Made by a program: the position numbers and the translations under genes. 64,000 bases of DNA, taken from Acidimicrobiales bacterium (GTDB taxonomy: Bacteria; Actinomycetota; Acidimicrobiia; Acidimicrobiales; BPGG01). Positions 48,316 to 58,113 of the stretch are shown here, piece after piece; the stretch's first letter is position 1; every line of letters starts with the position of its first letter. The stretch lies in contig BPGG01000001.1 of the NCBI GenBank assembly GCA_026002915.1, positions 1,574,463-1,638,462 of the forward strand, given 5' to 3'. A model generated the notes under the pieces. It made no database searches. It saw only the letters and a program-made list of their open reading frames with translations, and was not told where the DNA came from.

Positions 48316-48774
48316 ATGGGTGGATACGTAGAGCTCGAGATTCCCGCGAAGCCCGAGTACCTGGGCTTGGCCCGCGTGATCGTCGCCGCAGCCGCAGGAC
48401 TGGATCCGTCATTGGGCGACGAGCGGATCGACGACCTTCGGATAGCGGTGTCCGAAGCCACCACAAACGCCATCGAGGCCCACGCCCGGCTCGCCAGCGA
48501 CGAGAGAGTCGTCGTCCGCTGTCGCTTGGACGAGGACCGGATCGAAGTCGAAGTGGTGGATCACGGCCCAGGCTTCACTCCTGAACTCGTACCACCTCCC
48601 CCTCAGCCAGACGACCCTGAGCGCCTGGGCTGGGAACGTGGTCTGGGTCTCCCCCTCATGAAGACCCTTGCCGACGAGATCGACATCAGCTCGTCCGACA
48701 GCGGGACGACGGTGAAGTTGGTCGTCTATCACACTCGAGCCGTGTCAGAAGGGCGCGCCGGCCGCGGCTCGTGA
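48316..48774 (+). CDS. Anti-sigma factor serine kinase (RsbW/SpoIIAB-like HATPase_c)
   Basis: 152 aa. SEATTNAIEH-type N-box, DHGPGF and GLGLPLMKTLADE. Confidence 0.8.
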   Translation: MGGYVELEIPAKPEYLGLARVIVAAAAGLDPSLGDERIDDLRIAVSEATTNAIEAHARLASDERVVVRCRLDEDRIEVEVVDHGPGFTPELVPPPPQPDDPERLGWERGLGLPLMKTLADEIDISSSDSGTTVKLVVYHTRAVSEGRAGRGS

Positions 48775-50333
48775 ATGTCGACCGCCATCGAGTATCGACC
48801 GTCGTCGAGTGTCGAAGCGGCCTTCTGGGCACACCGGTCGACTTTTGCCGAAGGCGAAGTCCGGATCATCATGGCGACGTGTCGTCGAGAGACCCCGAGT
48901 CGCACGCAACCGACCTCTCGCGTCCGGTTCCGGATGCCGAGGATTACCCCGAACTGAGCCCACGCTGGACCGAGTCCGACAAGTTCGTCCCGCGTACGTT
49001 CATCCGCCCGATTCTCGCCTTCATCCAGTACGAGGCCGCCGGAGCATTCGTGATGCTCATCGCTGCAGCATGCGCCCTCGTCATGGCCAACTCTCCTCTG
49101 CAAGACGCGTACGAGGCGCTTCGCGAGACACGCCTCGACGTGACCCTCGGTGATCTGGTGCATCTCGACCTCACCCTCGTCGAGTGGGTGAACGACGCTC
49201 TGATGACGGTGTTCTTCTTCGTCGTGGCGATGGAGATCAAGCGTGAAGTAACTCAAGGTGAACTAGCCGATCCAAGGCGGGCCGCACTTCCCGTGATCGC
49301 CGCCGCAGGCGGGATGTTGCTTCCCGCCTGCATCTATCTCCTCTTCAACTCGGGCACCTCCACCGCCGGCGGTTGGGGCGTTCCCGTGGCGACCGACATT
49401 GCCTTCGCAGTGGGGGTCGTCACCCTGTTGGGTAACCGAGTCCCCTCGGCAGCCAAGATCTTCCTGCTCACGCTGGCGGTCGCAGACGACGTGGGCGGGA
49501 TCCTGGTCATCGCCGTCTTCTACAGCTCGGACCTGAAAATCGGCTGGCTCGCCCTGGTCACGATCCCGGTGCTGCTCGTGCTCCTCCTACGGCGCACGGG
49601 TGTGCGAAGCGTGTCGCCCTATGTGCTGCTCGGCGCCGTCACCTGGTTCGCGATGCACGAGTCGGGCCTGCACGCCACTTTGACGGGTGTGCTGTTCGGT
49701 CTCCTCACACCCGCATGGTCCTACGCCAACCCGAAGTTCTTCGGGCTACACGCGACGGAACTGGTCGACAGGATCCAGAGACGATTCGACGAAGGCCTGA
49801 CAGAGGTCGAGCACGAGGAGAACGAGGCCGACCTGGCCGAGCTGACGAGGCTCGCGAGGGACTGCACGTCCCCTCTGAACACCCTCATCTTCAAATTGGA
49901 ACCGTGGGTCGCGTTCGCCATAGTGCCCGCGTTCGCCTTCCTCAACTCCGGAGTCGTGTTCACGAGGGAGAGTCTCCGGTCGGCCTTGACTAGCGAGGTG
50001 GTGTGGGGGATCGGTCTCGGGCTTCTGTTAGGAAAGGCGGTGGGGATCTTCGGCGCCACGTGGCTGGCCGTCAAGTCTGGGGTGGGGCGGTTGCCCCGCG
50101 GTGTGACCTGGGGGATGTTCACGGGAGTCGCTGCCGCCGGGGGAATCGGCTTCACCGTGGCGCTGTTCGTGGCTAACCTCGCCTTCTCCGACCCGAACGT
50201 GGTCGACCAAGCCAAGGTCGGGATCTTCGCCGGGAGCCTGCTGTCTGGTGTCGTCGCCTATTCGCTTCTACGAGTCGCCACGCGAAACGTCTCGACGGCC
50301 GCCGGGGCCGTTGCGACCGCAGAGGTCACCTGA
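48771..50333 (+). CDS. nhaA: Na+/H+ antiporter NhaA
   Basis: FIQYEAAGAFVMLIAAACALVMANSP, FFFVVAMEIKRE, VATDIAFAVG and LTLAVADDVGGI. The start is ambiguous: GTG at 48771 overlaps the upstream stop, and there is an alternative GTG at 48879. Confidence 0.85.
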   Translation: MNVDRHRVSTVVECRSGLLGTPVDFCRRRSPDHHGDVSSRDPESHATDLSRPVPDAEDYPELSPRWTESDKFVPRTFIRPILAFIQYEAAGAFVMLIAAACALVMANSPLQDAYEALRETRLDVTLGDLVHLDLTLVEWVNDALMTVFFFVVAMEIKREVTQGELADPRRAALPVIAAAGGMLLPACIYLLFNSGTSTAGGWGVPVATDIAFAVGVVTLLGNRVPSAAKIFLLTLAVADDVGGILVIAVFYSSDLKIGWLALVTIPVLLVLLLRRTGVRSVSPYVLLGAVTWFAMHESGLHATLTGVLFGLLTPAWSYANPKFFGLHATELVDRIQRRFDEGLTEVEHEENEADLAELTRLARDCTSPLNTLIFKLEPWVAFAIVPAFAFLNSGVVFTRESLRSALTSEVVWGIGLGLLLGKAVGIFGATWLAVKSGVGRLPRGVTWGMFTGVAAAGGIGFTVALFVANLAFSDPNVVDQAKVGIFAGSLLSGVVAYSLLRVATRNVSTAAGAVATAEVT

Positions 50334-50440
50334 CACGAGGGGCAGGAGAGCAGCGGCCTCCCGCCCGGGCCGGTTACCGGCGACCGATTCCGGGCCTGCC
50401 GATTCGCGACCCGAGCCTTCTGACAGCCTGATGCCGTGGG

Positions 50441-51238
50441 TCAATCCCAGAGTTGCTCCGGCGAGAGCAGGCCGTGCTTCAGCGCGAGGACGACCGCCTC
50501 GAGCTTGGTGTGCGCTCCGAGCTTGGTGAGGATGTTCCTGATGTGGTTACGTGCGGTGTGCTCCGAGATGCAGAGCTCTCGGCTGATCTCCGGGACGCTC
50601 TTCGACTTCGCCACGAGTCGTAGCACCTCGAGTTCGCGACTCGAAAGGTCGTCTCCAGGCTGCCGGTCACCGGATCGGATCAACCCGACCACAGACGCAA
50701 GGAGCTTCGGTGTGAACAGGGCCTCCCCCGCCGCGGCCCTTCGGACCATGTCGACCATCTCGTCGAGATGCGAGCTCTTGGTCACGAACCCGTCTGCACC
50801 CGCCTTGATACACCGAGCGACAACCCGCTCGTTCTCGGCAGCCGTGAACACGACCACGTGGCATTCGGGGCGCCTCTGCTTGACGGCTCGCACCAACTCG
50901 TACCCGTTCGCGTCGGGGAGCTTGTAGTCGACCAGCGCGAGGTCGGGCGTGCAGGTGTCGAGGAGTGCCATGGCCTCGGCGAGACTCCCCGCCACTCCGC
51001 AGACCTCCATGTCGCCGTGTTCTCGCAGTGCCCCGGCGATGGCTTCACCGACCAGGGTCTGGTCCTCCACCACGAGAATTCTCAGCTTGCCGGTCTCCGA
51101 GTCTGTGGCGGCGCCGCATGCCGCGTCCGGCTCGATGCTCTCCGACTCCTGCACCGACGTGTCGAATTCGACGATCATCTCAGCTCCGAGACAGTGGGGG
51201 ACTCCCTCCTCGTGGACGATCTTCGGCGCCTGTGACAC
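50441..51238 (-). CDS. NarL/LuxR-family response regulator (orphan, with acidic N-terminal extension)
   Basis: LRILVVEDQ...DLALVDYKLPDANG receiver. LSSRELEVLRLVAKSKSVPEISRELCISEHTARNHIRNILTKLG HTH. No kinase gene adjacent. Confidence 0.85.
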   Translation of the reverse strand: MSQAPKIVHEEGVPHCLGAEMIVEFDTSVQESESIEPDAACGAATDSETGKLRILVVEDQTLVGEAIAGALREHGDMEVCGVAGSLAEAMALLDTCTPDLALVDYKLPDANGYELVRAVKQRRPECHVVVFTAAENERVVARCIKAGADGFVTKSSHLDEMVDMVRRAAAGEALFTPKLLASVVGLIRSGDRQPGDDLSSRELEVLRLVAKSKSVPEISRELCISEHTARNHIRNILTKLGAHTKLEAVVLALKHGLLSPEQLWD

Positions 51239-51374
51239 AGGCCTTTAGTCTCCTGCCTCGATTTGTGTGGCATTACGTCGGACGTCGCGCGTAAAAATGG
51301 CGCGGCGTGACCGTAAAGGCCGTTTCACCGCGAAGTGTGGCCGGCTTCTCAGAAACCCGAGGCCGCCGTGGACG

Positions 51375-52595
51375 CTAGCCGGCCGCTTCCGCCCAGCGTC
51401 GGAGCTCCCACTTGGCGATGGTCCTCTTGTGCACCTCGTCGGGACCGTCTGCGATCCTGAGCGTCCGCAGGCTCGCCCACATCGCCGCCAACGGGAAGTC
51501 GTCGGAGACGCCGGCGCCTCCGTGTGCCTGAATGGCCCGGTCGACCACCCGCAGGGCCATGGACGGAACCGCGACCTTGATCGCCGCGATCTCCGTGCGA
51601 GCCTCCTTGTTCCCGACGGTGTCCATCATCCAGGCCGCCTTCAACACGAGCAGCCGGGCCTGTTCGATCTCTATGCGCGAGTCCGCGATCCACTCCCGGA
51701 TCACGCCGTGAGACGCGAGTGGGCGGCCGAACGCGACCCGCTCGGACACCCGACGGCACATGAGCTCCAAGGCCCGCTCCGCTGCACCTATGGCCCGCAT
51801 GCAGTGGTGGATCCGGCCCGGCCCGAGGCGTGCCTGCGCCATCGCGAAGCCCGCGCCTTCCTCACCGAGGAGGTTAGAGGCGGGTACCCGGACGTCTTCG
51901 AAGACGATCTCGCAGTGACCTTCGCGGTGCTGATATCCGAACACGGGTAGGTCTCTGATGACGCGGACACCAGGTGCATCCATCGGCACCAGCACCATGC
52001 TCTGCTGGTGATACGGGTCGGCGTCTGGATCCGTCTTCCCCATCACGATCGCCAGCTTGCAGCGATCGCTGGCAGCGCCCGAAATCCACCACTTCCGACC
52101 GGTGATGACGTATTCGTCCCCGTCCCGCCTTATTCGGCACGAGATGTTGCGAGCATCGGAGCTGGCGACGTCCGGCTCCGTCATCGCGAAACAGGATCGG
52201 ATCTCCCCGTCGAGCAGGGGGCGGAGCCATAGCTCCTGCTGCTCGGGCGTCCCGAAGAGTGCCAAGAGCTCCATGTTCCCGGTGTCGGGGGCCGAGCAGT
52301 TGCATGCCTCCGAAGCCAAGGGACTCCTTCCCATGATCTCCGCGAGCGGTGCGTAGTCGAGGTTCGACAACGGTTCCGGCGTCCACTTCGTCTCGTGTGG
52401 CAGGAACAGGTTCCACAGACCGCGAGACCTCGCCTCCCGTTTCAGTTCCTCCATGACAGGTGGATGAAAGTGGGGGTCGGCGGCCTGTCTCATCTGCTCC
52501 GCGTACACCGGTTCGGCGGGTATCACGCATTCGTCCATGAATCGCAGGAGCCGTTCTCGCAACTCGGCGGCACGTGGGCTGAGGGAAAAGTCCAT
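51375..52595 (-). CDS. Acyl-CoA dehydrogenase
   Basis: 406 aa. [21 protein letters not shown] and [10 protein letters not shown] motifs. GGAGG precedes the ATG. Confidence 0.9.
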   Translation of the reverse strand: MDFSLSPRAAELRERLLRFMDECVIPAEPVYAEQMRQAADPHFHPPVMEELKREARSRGLWNLFLPHETKWTPEPLSNLDYAPLAEIMGRSPLASEACNCSAPDTGNMELLALFGTPEQQELWLRPLLDGEIRSCFAMTEPDVASSDARNISCRIRRDGDEYVITGRKWWISGAASDRCKLAIVMGKTDPDADPYHQQSMVLVPMDAPGVRVIRDLPVFGYQHREGHCEIVFEDVRVPASNLLGEEGAGFAMAQARLGPGRIHHCMRAIGAAERALELMCRRVSERVAFGRPLASHGVIREWIADSRIEIEQARLLVLKAAWMMDTVGNKEARTEIAAIKVAVPSMALRVVDRAIQAHGGAGVSDDFPLAAMWASLRTLRIADGPDEVHKRTIAKWELRRWAEAAG

Positions 52596-52747
52596 GAGGA
52601 CCTCCTATCCATTTCGTACGCGGGCGCCAGACGGGTGACCTGCTTCCCGTGGGGTCTCTGGTCGATCGGCGGGTGCCCGACTCACCGGGAGAACCTGGTC
52701 GGCTCACGGCTGCAGCCCCTCGAGATCCCGATGGGATGTCCCCTGGT

Positions 52748-53161
52748 TCAGTCCAGGCTCACGATCGCATCTTCGCCGATCGGCTCTCCGGTCTGCACCT
52801 CTACGAACACCATCGGCCCCGACCCGATGTTCTCCACCCGATGTGCACCTCCGGGAGGTATCGCTATCGTGCCCCCCGCCTTGAGGGTGAAGGGAATGCG
52901 GTCCAGCGTCACCAGGGCCGTTCCCCGCACCACCACCCAGTGCTCGGTGCGAGTCGCGTGCACTCGATATTCGAGTCGATGGCCGGGTTCGACGGTGACC
53001 CGCTTCACCCTGTACCCACACCCCTCGTCCAAGGTGACGACCTCGCCCCACGGGAACCGGCGCACGTCCGGCGGAGGCACCTCGCCTCCTTCGACTCCCA
53101 CGCTTCCCACGGGCACAGTATCGCCCACGAGGAGCCGTGTCGGCTCGATCGGAGGGATCAC
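52748..53161 (-). CDS. Cupin-domain protein (mannose-6-phosphate isomerase type II C-terminal-like)
   Basis: GYRVKRVTVEPGHRLEYRVHATRTEHWVVVRGTA...IPPGGAHRVEN. Confidence 0.75.
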   Translation of the reverse strand: MIPPIEPTRLLVGDTVPVGSVGVEGGEVPPPDVRRFPWGEVVTLDEGCGYRVKRVTVEPGHRLEYRVHATRTEHWVVVRGTALVTLDRIPFTLKAGGTIAIPPGGAHRVENIGSGPMVFVEVQTGEPIGEDAIVSLD

Positions 53162-53226
53162 CCGGCTAGAGCGGAGAGATCGCCGACACTTGACAGGACA
53201 GTCTCGCTGCCGTTTGCTAGCAGTTC

Positions 53227-55968
53227 GTGCCTCGTCCGCTGGTCATAGTCGAGTCGCCAACCAAGGCACGCACCATCGAACGCTTCCTGGGTGGCGAGTT
53301 CGTGGTCGCGTCCTCCGTCGGGCACATCCGTGACCTTCCCGCCGGCGCGGAAGAGATTCCGCCGGAATACCGCGGCGAACCTTGGGCCAGGCTCGGCGTG
53401 AACGTCGATCAGGACTTCGAGCCCCTGTACGTGATCTCGCCTTCACGAAAGAAGCAGGTAGCCGAACTCAAACGACTGTTGAAGGACGCCAGCGAGGTGT
53501 ATCTCGCGACGGACGAGGACAGGGAGGGGGAGGCGATCGCCTGGCACCTGAAGGAGGTGCTCACGCCGTCCGTACCCGTGAGGCGGATGGTCTTCCACGA
53601 GATCACTCCCAAGGCGATCGAGGAGGCGCTCTCGCACACGAGGGACATCGATGATCGTCTCGTCGACGCGCAGGAGACTCGCCGCATACTCGACCGTCTC
53701 TACGGATACGAAGTGTCGCCCGTCCTGTGGAAGAAGGTTCAGCCGAAGCTCTCGGCCGGCCGGGTGCAGTCCGTCGCCGTCCGTCTTGTGGTGCAGCGCG
53801 AGAGGGAGCGGATGGCTTTCCGGTCGGCCACCTTCTATGACCTGCTGGGAAGGTTCGTGTCGGCGAGAGACGGAGAACTCGAGGTCACGGCCGACCTGCA
53901 GGAAGTCGACGGTCTGAGGGTCGCACGGGGATCAGACTTCGACGCGCAGGGGCGCTTGAAGAACACCGACACCGAGCACCTGGACGAGGAGAAGGCAGCG
54001 CGACTCGCCGCCGAGCTACAAAGTGGTGATGCCTCGGTGATCTCCGTCGAGAAGAAGCCCTACCGACGCAAGCCCCAGCCTCCCTTCATCACGTCAACTC
54101 TCCAGCAGGAAGCCGCGCGCCGTCTCGGGTTCTCGGCCGCCGAGACGATGAGGCTCGCGCAGTCCCTCTATGAGCGGGGTTACATCACCTACATGCGCAC
54201 CGACTCGGTGACCCTCTCGTCAGAGGCGATCGAAGCGTGCAGGGCGGAGATCCTGTCGAGGTTCGGGGCGGAGGTGCTTCCGCGTAGGCCGCGAGAGTGG
54301 AAGAACCGCGTTCGAAATGCGCAGGAAGCCCACGAGGCCATCCGTCCGGCGGGCGAGCGGTTCCGCAGTCCAGAGGAAGTGGCGGGAGAGGTGGGCACGG
54401 CGGAGGCGCGTCTCTACGAGCTCATCTGGAGGCGGACGATCGCCTCACAGATGGAAGACGCCAAAGGCGAGACGGTGACCGTGCGCATAAAGGTTTCATC
54501 TGCCGAGAGGACCGCCGTCTTCGTCACCTCGGGTACGGTGATCACGTTCCCCGCATACAGGCTCGCCTACGAGGAGCATCTCGTAGACGACGATGCAGGC
54601 CGACAAGAAGGCGAGGCAGATGCGGGTGACGGGACGGGTGTCGACGCCGGTGGACGGAGCAGGCAGTTGCCTCCTCTGGAGGAGGGAGATCGCCTAGAGG
54701 TGCGATCGCTGGACGTGCGGCGGCACGAGACCAAGCCGCCGCCCCGGTACACGGAGGCTTCGCTGATCCGCACGTTGGAGGAGAACGGCATCGGGCGACC
54801 TTCGACCTACGCGACGATCATGAGCACCATCCAGGAGCGCGGCTATGTGCGCAAGGTCGGGAGCGCCCTGGTGCCCACGTGGACGGCGTTCGCCGTCGTG
54901 CAGCTCCTAGAAAGACACTTCTCGGACCTCGTCGACGAGGACTTCACTGCCCGTATGGAGGAGGCCCTCGACGCGATAGCGCGCGGAGAGGCGGAGCGTG
55001 TGCCGTACCTGCGCGCCTTCTACTTCGGCGGAGAAGATCGGGACCAACCGGGCCTGCGTTCGCTGGTCGACGACGAGCGCCTGGGCGACATCGACCCTCG
55101 CGCGGTGAACGCCGTCGAGATCGGGAAGACCGGCGACGGGGAGACCATCTACGTCCGCGTGGGGAGATTCGGCCCATACCTCGAATGCGGTGATCGCACC
55201 GCACCGTTGCCCGACTCGCTGACGCCCGACCAGCTCACCGTGGAGGTTGCAGAGAGCCTCCTCGAGACCCCGCCGGCCGGACGGATGATCGGCGAGGATC
55301 CCGATACCAGACTCCCCGTGCTCCTGCGGACGGGTCGCTTCGGCCCCTATCTCCAGTTGGGAGAGGACGCGGAGGGTGACAAGCCCAAGCGCGTGTCTCT
55401 CCCCAAGTCGATCCCCCCGGAGGCCGTCGACCTGGATCTGGCGCTCAGGCTCCTCTCGCTCCCTCGTGAGCTCGGTCGGCATCCCGACACCGACGAGCCG
55501 GTGGAGGTCCACCTCGGGCGGTACGGGCCGTACATACGATGTGGTTCCGAGACGCGCAGCATCTCCGAGGAGGACCTCTTCGAGATCGACCTGGATACGG
55601 CGTTGCGCCTGCTCGCCGAGCCGCGCGCGGGTCGAGGACGAAGGACCTTGCTCCGGTCACTCGGAGAGGACCTGAAGACGGGGAGGACGGTGGAGCTCAG
55701 GTCTGGTCGGTATGGGCCGTACGTCACCGACGGGGAGGTGAACGCCTCTGTGGGCGCTGGTGTCGATCTCGACGCTCTCGACCTAGAGGCGGCCCTGGAG
55801 CTTCTCGCAGCCAAGCGCGCCCGAGCGTCTTCGGTCGGCACCGGTTCGACCAAGGCGAAGGGTCGCAAGAGCAAGGCGGCTGCCGGAAAGTCCAGATCTC
55901 GCAAAGGGACGAAGAAGGCGGTTTCGTCGGGGAGGAGAGGCGCGAAGGCCGACTCCTCTGAGACCTGA
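53227..55968 (+). CDS. topA: DNA topoisomerase I (actinobacterial type, Zn-finger-less repeated C-terminal domain plus Lys-rich tail)
   Basis: LVIVESPTKARTIE Toprim, YITYMRTDS active-site Tyr, four GR(F/Y)GPY(L/I/V) repeats and a KAKGRKSKAAAGKSRSRKGTKK tail. Confidence 0.95.
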   Translation: MPRPLVIVESPTKARTIERFLGGEFVVASSVGHIRDLPAGAEEIPPEYRGEPWARLGVNVDQDFEPLYVISPSRKKQVAELKRLLKDASEVYLATDEDREGEAIAWHLKEVLTPSVPVRRMVFHEITPKAIEEALSHTRDIDDRLVDAQETRRILDRLYGYEVSPVLWKKVQPKLSAGRVQSVAVRLVVQRERERMAFRSATFYDLLGRFVSARDGELEVTADLQEVDGLRVARGSDFDAQGRLKNTDTEHLDEEKAARLAAELQSGDASVISVEKKPYRRKPQPPFITSTLQQEAARRLGFSAAETMRLAQSLYERGYITYMRTDSVTLSSEAIEACRAEILSRFGAEVLPRRPREWKNRVRNAQEAHEAIRPAGERFRSPEEVAGEVGTAEARLYELIWRRTIASQMEDAKGETVTVRIKVSSAERTAVFVTSGTVITFPAYRLAYEEHLVDDDAGRQEGEADAGDGTGVDAGGRSRQLPPLEEGDRLEVRSLDVRRHETKPPPRYTEASLIRTLEENGIGRPSTYATIMSTIQERGYVRKVGSALVPTWTAFAVVQLLERHFSDLVDEDFTARMEEALDAIARGEAERVPYLRAFYFGGEDRDQPGLRSLVDDERLGDIDPRAVNAVEIGKTGDGETIYVRVGRFGPYLECGDRTAPLPDSLTPDQLTVEVAESLLETPPAGRMIGEDPDTRLPVLLRTGRFGPYLQLGEDAEGDKPKRVSLPKSIPPEAVDLDLALRLLSLPRELGRHPDTDEPVEVHLGRYGPYIRCGSETRSISEEDLFEIDLDTALRLLAEPRAGRGRRTLLRSLGEDLKTGRTVELRSGRYGPYVTDGEVNASVGAGVDLDALDLEAALELLAAKRARASSVGTGSTKAKGRKSKAAAGKSRSRKGTKKAVSSGRRGAKADSSET

Positions 55969-55976
55969 GACATGCG

Positions 55977-57446
55977 GTGATGGTCCCGCCCGGGAAGAGT
56001 CGCGGCGATTCGGCTCACGATTCCGGGTCACGCTCTGATCCGACGACCGCCGTAAGTCCCGGGGGAACCACGACGGTCCGATCGTCGGAAGGACTCGGAC
56101 GGCGCGTCTTCGGCTCCGACGAGTTCGCCCGCCTGTGGGGAGCGCAGGTCGTCTCGGCGACCGGTGACTGGCTCGGATTCCTCGCCCTGGCCGTCATCGC
56201 GGCCGAGGTCGCATCGGCCAATCCCGAGGCTGCGATCGGTCTGGTGATGTCGGCTCGAATAGTCCCCGGCTTCTTCTTGGCGCCGGTCGCCGGGGTTCTG
56301 GTGGATCGCTGGGACCGCAAGAAGGTGATGGTGGCGTGTGATCTCGGAAGGGCGTCGGTGCTCGCGATCATCCCCTTCGTCGACTCCGTTCTCGGCATCG
56401 TCGTCGCCTCGCTGATACTCGAAGTACTCACCCTTTTGTGGGCTCCTGCGAAGGAGGCGTCCGTCCCGAAGCTGGTGCCCGCCAAGCACCTCACGAAGGC
56501 GAACTCGCTATCCATAGGTGCCGCATACGGGACGTTCCCCTTCGCTTCGTTGCTCTTCTCCGGTCTGGCGGCACTCGGCGCGAGGCTCGGGGAGGTCGAA
56601 GCCTTCGCCCTCTTGCAGTTCGACCGCAAGGGAACGGCGGCCATCTACGCGGACGTGGTCACGTTCTTGGTCTCGGCCGCCGTGATCGCGACGTTGCCGG
56701 TGGGGAGGGATGGAGACTCCCGTCGACCCGCTCGGGGCGACTGGACGCGGACTTTCAACGAGCTCAAAGAAGGATGGCAGTACATCTTCCTCACGCCCAC
56801 GGTGAGGGCGGTGAACCTGGGGCTAGCCGTAGCGCTCGTGGGTGGCGGCATGTTGGTTCCTCTGGGGCCGGTGTTTGCTCGGGAGGTGCTCGAGTCCGAC
56901 GATGCGGGGTTCGGCCTGTTGATCACCGCGCTCGGCTTCGGTGTGGCCGGAGGGGTGATTGCGCTCTCGACGGCGCAGCGCCGCCTCCCGAAGGAGAGGT
57001 TGTTCACGTCGATGGTGTTCATCGCCGGCGGTTCGCTCGTGATCGGAGCTTCTGTCTCCACGCTGGCGATTGCCGCGCTCGCGGTGTTCGTCCTCGGCGC
57101 GTGCGCCGGGTCGGTGTACGTCCTCGGGTTCACGATCCTGCACGAGAACGTGGAAGACCATCTGCGAGGGCGGATCTTCTCTGCCCTCTACACGCTGGTC
57201 AGGTTGTGTGTGCTGCTCGCCTTCGCTCTCGGACCGTTCTTGTCTGCCGCGCTCGGAAACCTCTCGTCGTCTCTGTTCGACGGGGAGATCGGTATCGGGG
57301 GTTTGACGGTCGCCGTACCGGGAGTCCGGCTCACCCTCTGGGCGGCAGGCGCGATCATCCTCGGCGCAGGTGGCATCGCATTGCACGCCGTCAAGAGGAA
57401 CGCCGCCTCCGGGCCTGATGCCGACGTGAAAGGATCGTTTCGATGA
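55977..57446 (+). CDS. MFS transporter
   Basis: About 12 TM segments. FARLWGAQVVSATGDWL and GVLVDRWDRKKVM motifs. The N-terminal ~35 aa are uncertain. Confidence 0.8.
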   Translation: MMVPPGKSRGDSAHDSGSRSDPTTAVSPGGTTTVRSSEGLGRRVFGSDEFARLWGAQVVSATGDWLGFLALAVIAAEVASANPEAAIGLVMSARIVPGFFLAPVAGVLVDRWDRKKVMVACDLGRASVLAIIPFVDSVLGIVVASLILEVLTLLWAPAKEASVPKLVPAKHLTKANSLSIGAAYGTFPFASLLFSGLAALGARLGEVEAFALLQFDRKGTAAIYADVVTFLVSAAVIATLPVGRDGDSRRPARGDWTRTFNELKEGWQYIFLTPTVRAVNLGLAVALVGGGMLVPLGPVFAREVLESDDAGFGLLITALGFGVAGGVIALSTAQRRLPKERLFTSMVFIAGGSLVIGASVSTLAIAALAVFVLGACAGSVYVLGFTILHENVEDHLRGRIFSALYTLVRLCVLLAFALGPFLSAALGNLSSSLFDGEIGIGGLTVAVPGVRLTLWAAGAIILGAGGIALHAVKRNAASGPDADVKGSFR

Positions 57447-57513
57447 CCCGGCTCGGGTCGAGTGCGGGCGGACGGCTCGCACGGATCCCGTTCTGGTGGG
57501 GGCCGAAGAGCAG

Positions 57514-58113
57514 ATGAGGGGCAAGCTGATAGCGGTAGAAGGCGTGGAGGCGTCCGGGAAGTCCACGCAGGCAGAAAGGCTGGCCCGGCACCTGGGTGCG
57601 TTGCTCACACGAGAGCCGGGGGGCACTGCCCTGGGCGAGAGGCTGAGGGAACTCCTGCTCGATCCGAGAGTCGGGATGACCGAGCGCGCCGAGGCACTGC
57701 TGATCGCCGCGGACAGGGCTCAACACGTGGCGGAGGTCGTCATGCCTGCCCTTTCGGCCGGTCGGGACGTGGTGAGCGATCGTTGGATTCCGTCCAGTCT
57801 CGCCTACCAGGGGTTCGGGAGAGGGCTTCCGGTGGAGCAGGTGCGCGAGATCTCCCTATGGGCTACGGACGGCCTCGACGCCGATCTCGTGGTGCTGCTG
57901 GATGCGCCGGTGGAGTTCGCCGCAGCACGCCGGCGTCCCGGCTCAGATCGTTTCGAGCGAGAGGGTAGGGAGTTCCACGAGGCCGTCCGGCAGGGTTACC
58001 TCGCCTTGGCCGAGAGCGATCCCGAGTCGTGGGTGGTCGTGGACGCCTCGGGGACGGTCGAGGAAGTCTGGGTGCGCGTCAGGACCGCCGTGGAAGAGAG
58101 GCTCGCGAGGTGA
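57514..58113 (+). CDS. tmk: dTMP (thymidylate) kinase
   Basis: MRGKLIAVEGVEASGKSTQ P-loop, LTREPGGT and DRW..SSLAYQG. Confidence 0.9.
   Translation: MRGKLIAVEGVEASGKSTQAERLARHLGALLTREPGGTALGERLRELLLDPRVGMTERAEALLIAADRAQHVAEVVMPALSAGRDVVSDRWIPSSLAYQGFGRGLPVEQVREISLWATDGLDADLVVLLDAPVEFAAARRRPGSDRFEREGREFHEAVRQGYLALAESDPESWVVVDASGTVEEVWVRVRTAVEERLAR

Noticed and set aside
48054-48473. 139-aa minus-strand ORF spanning the TadE-like / anti-sigma spacer.
   Set aside because: It is antisense to two motif-bearing genes and has a low-complexity Ser/Arg/Pro translation with no start context.
53190-53226. Perfect -35 hexamer TTGACA (53190..53195) upstream of topA, suggesting a leaderless topA transcript.
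   Set aside because: No acceptable -10 (TAnnnT) at 16-19 nt spacing; only TTGCTA/TGCTAG are available. Too weak to report as a promoter.
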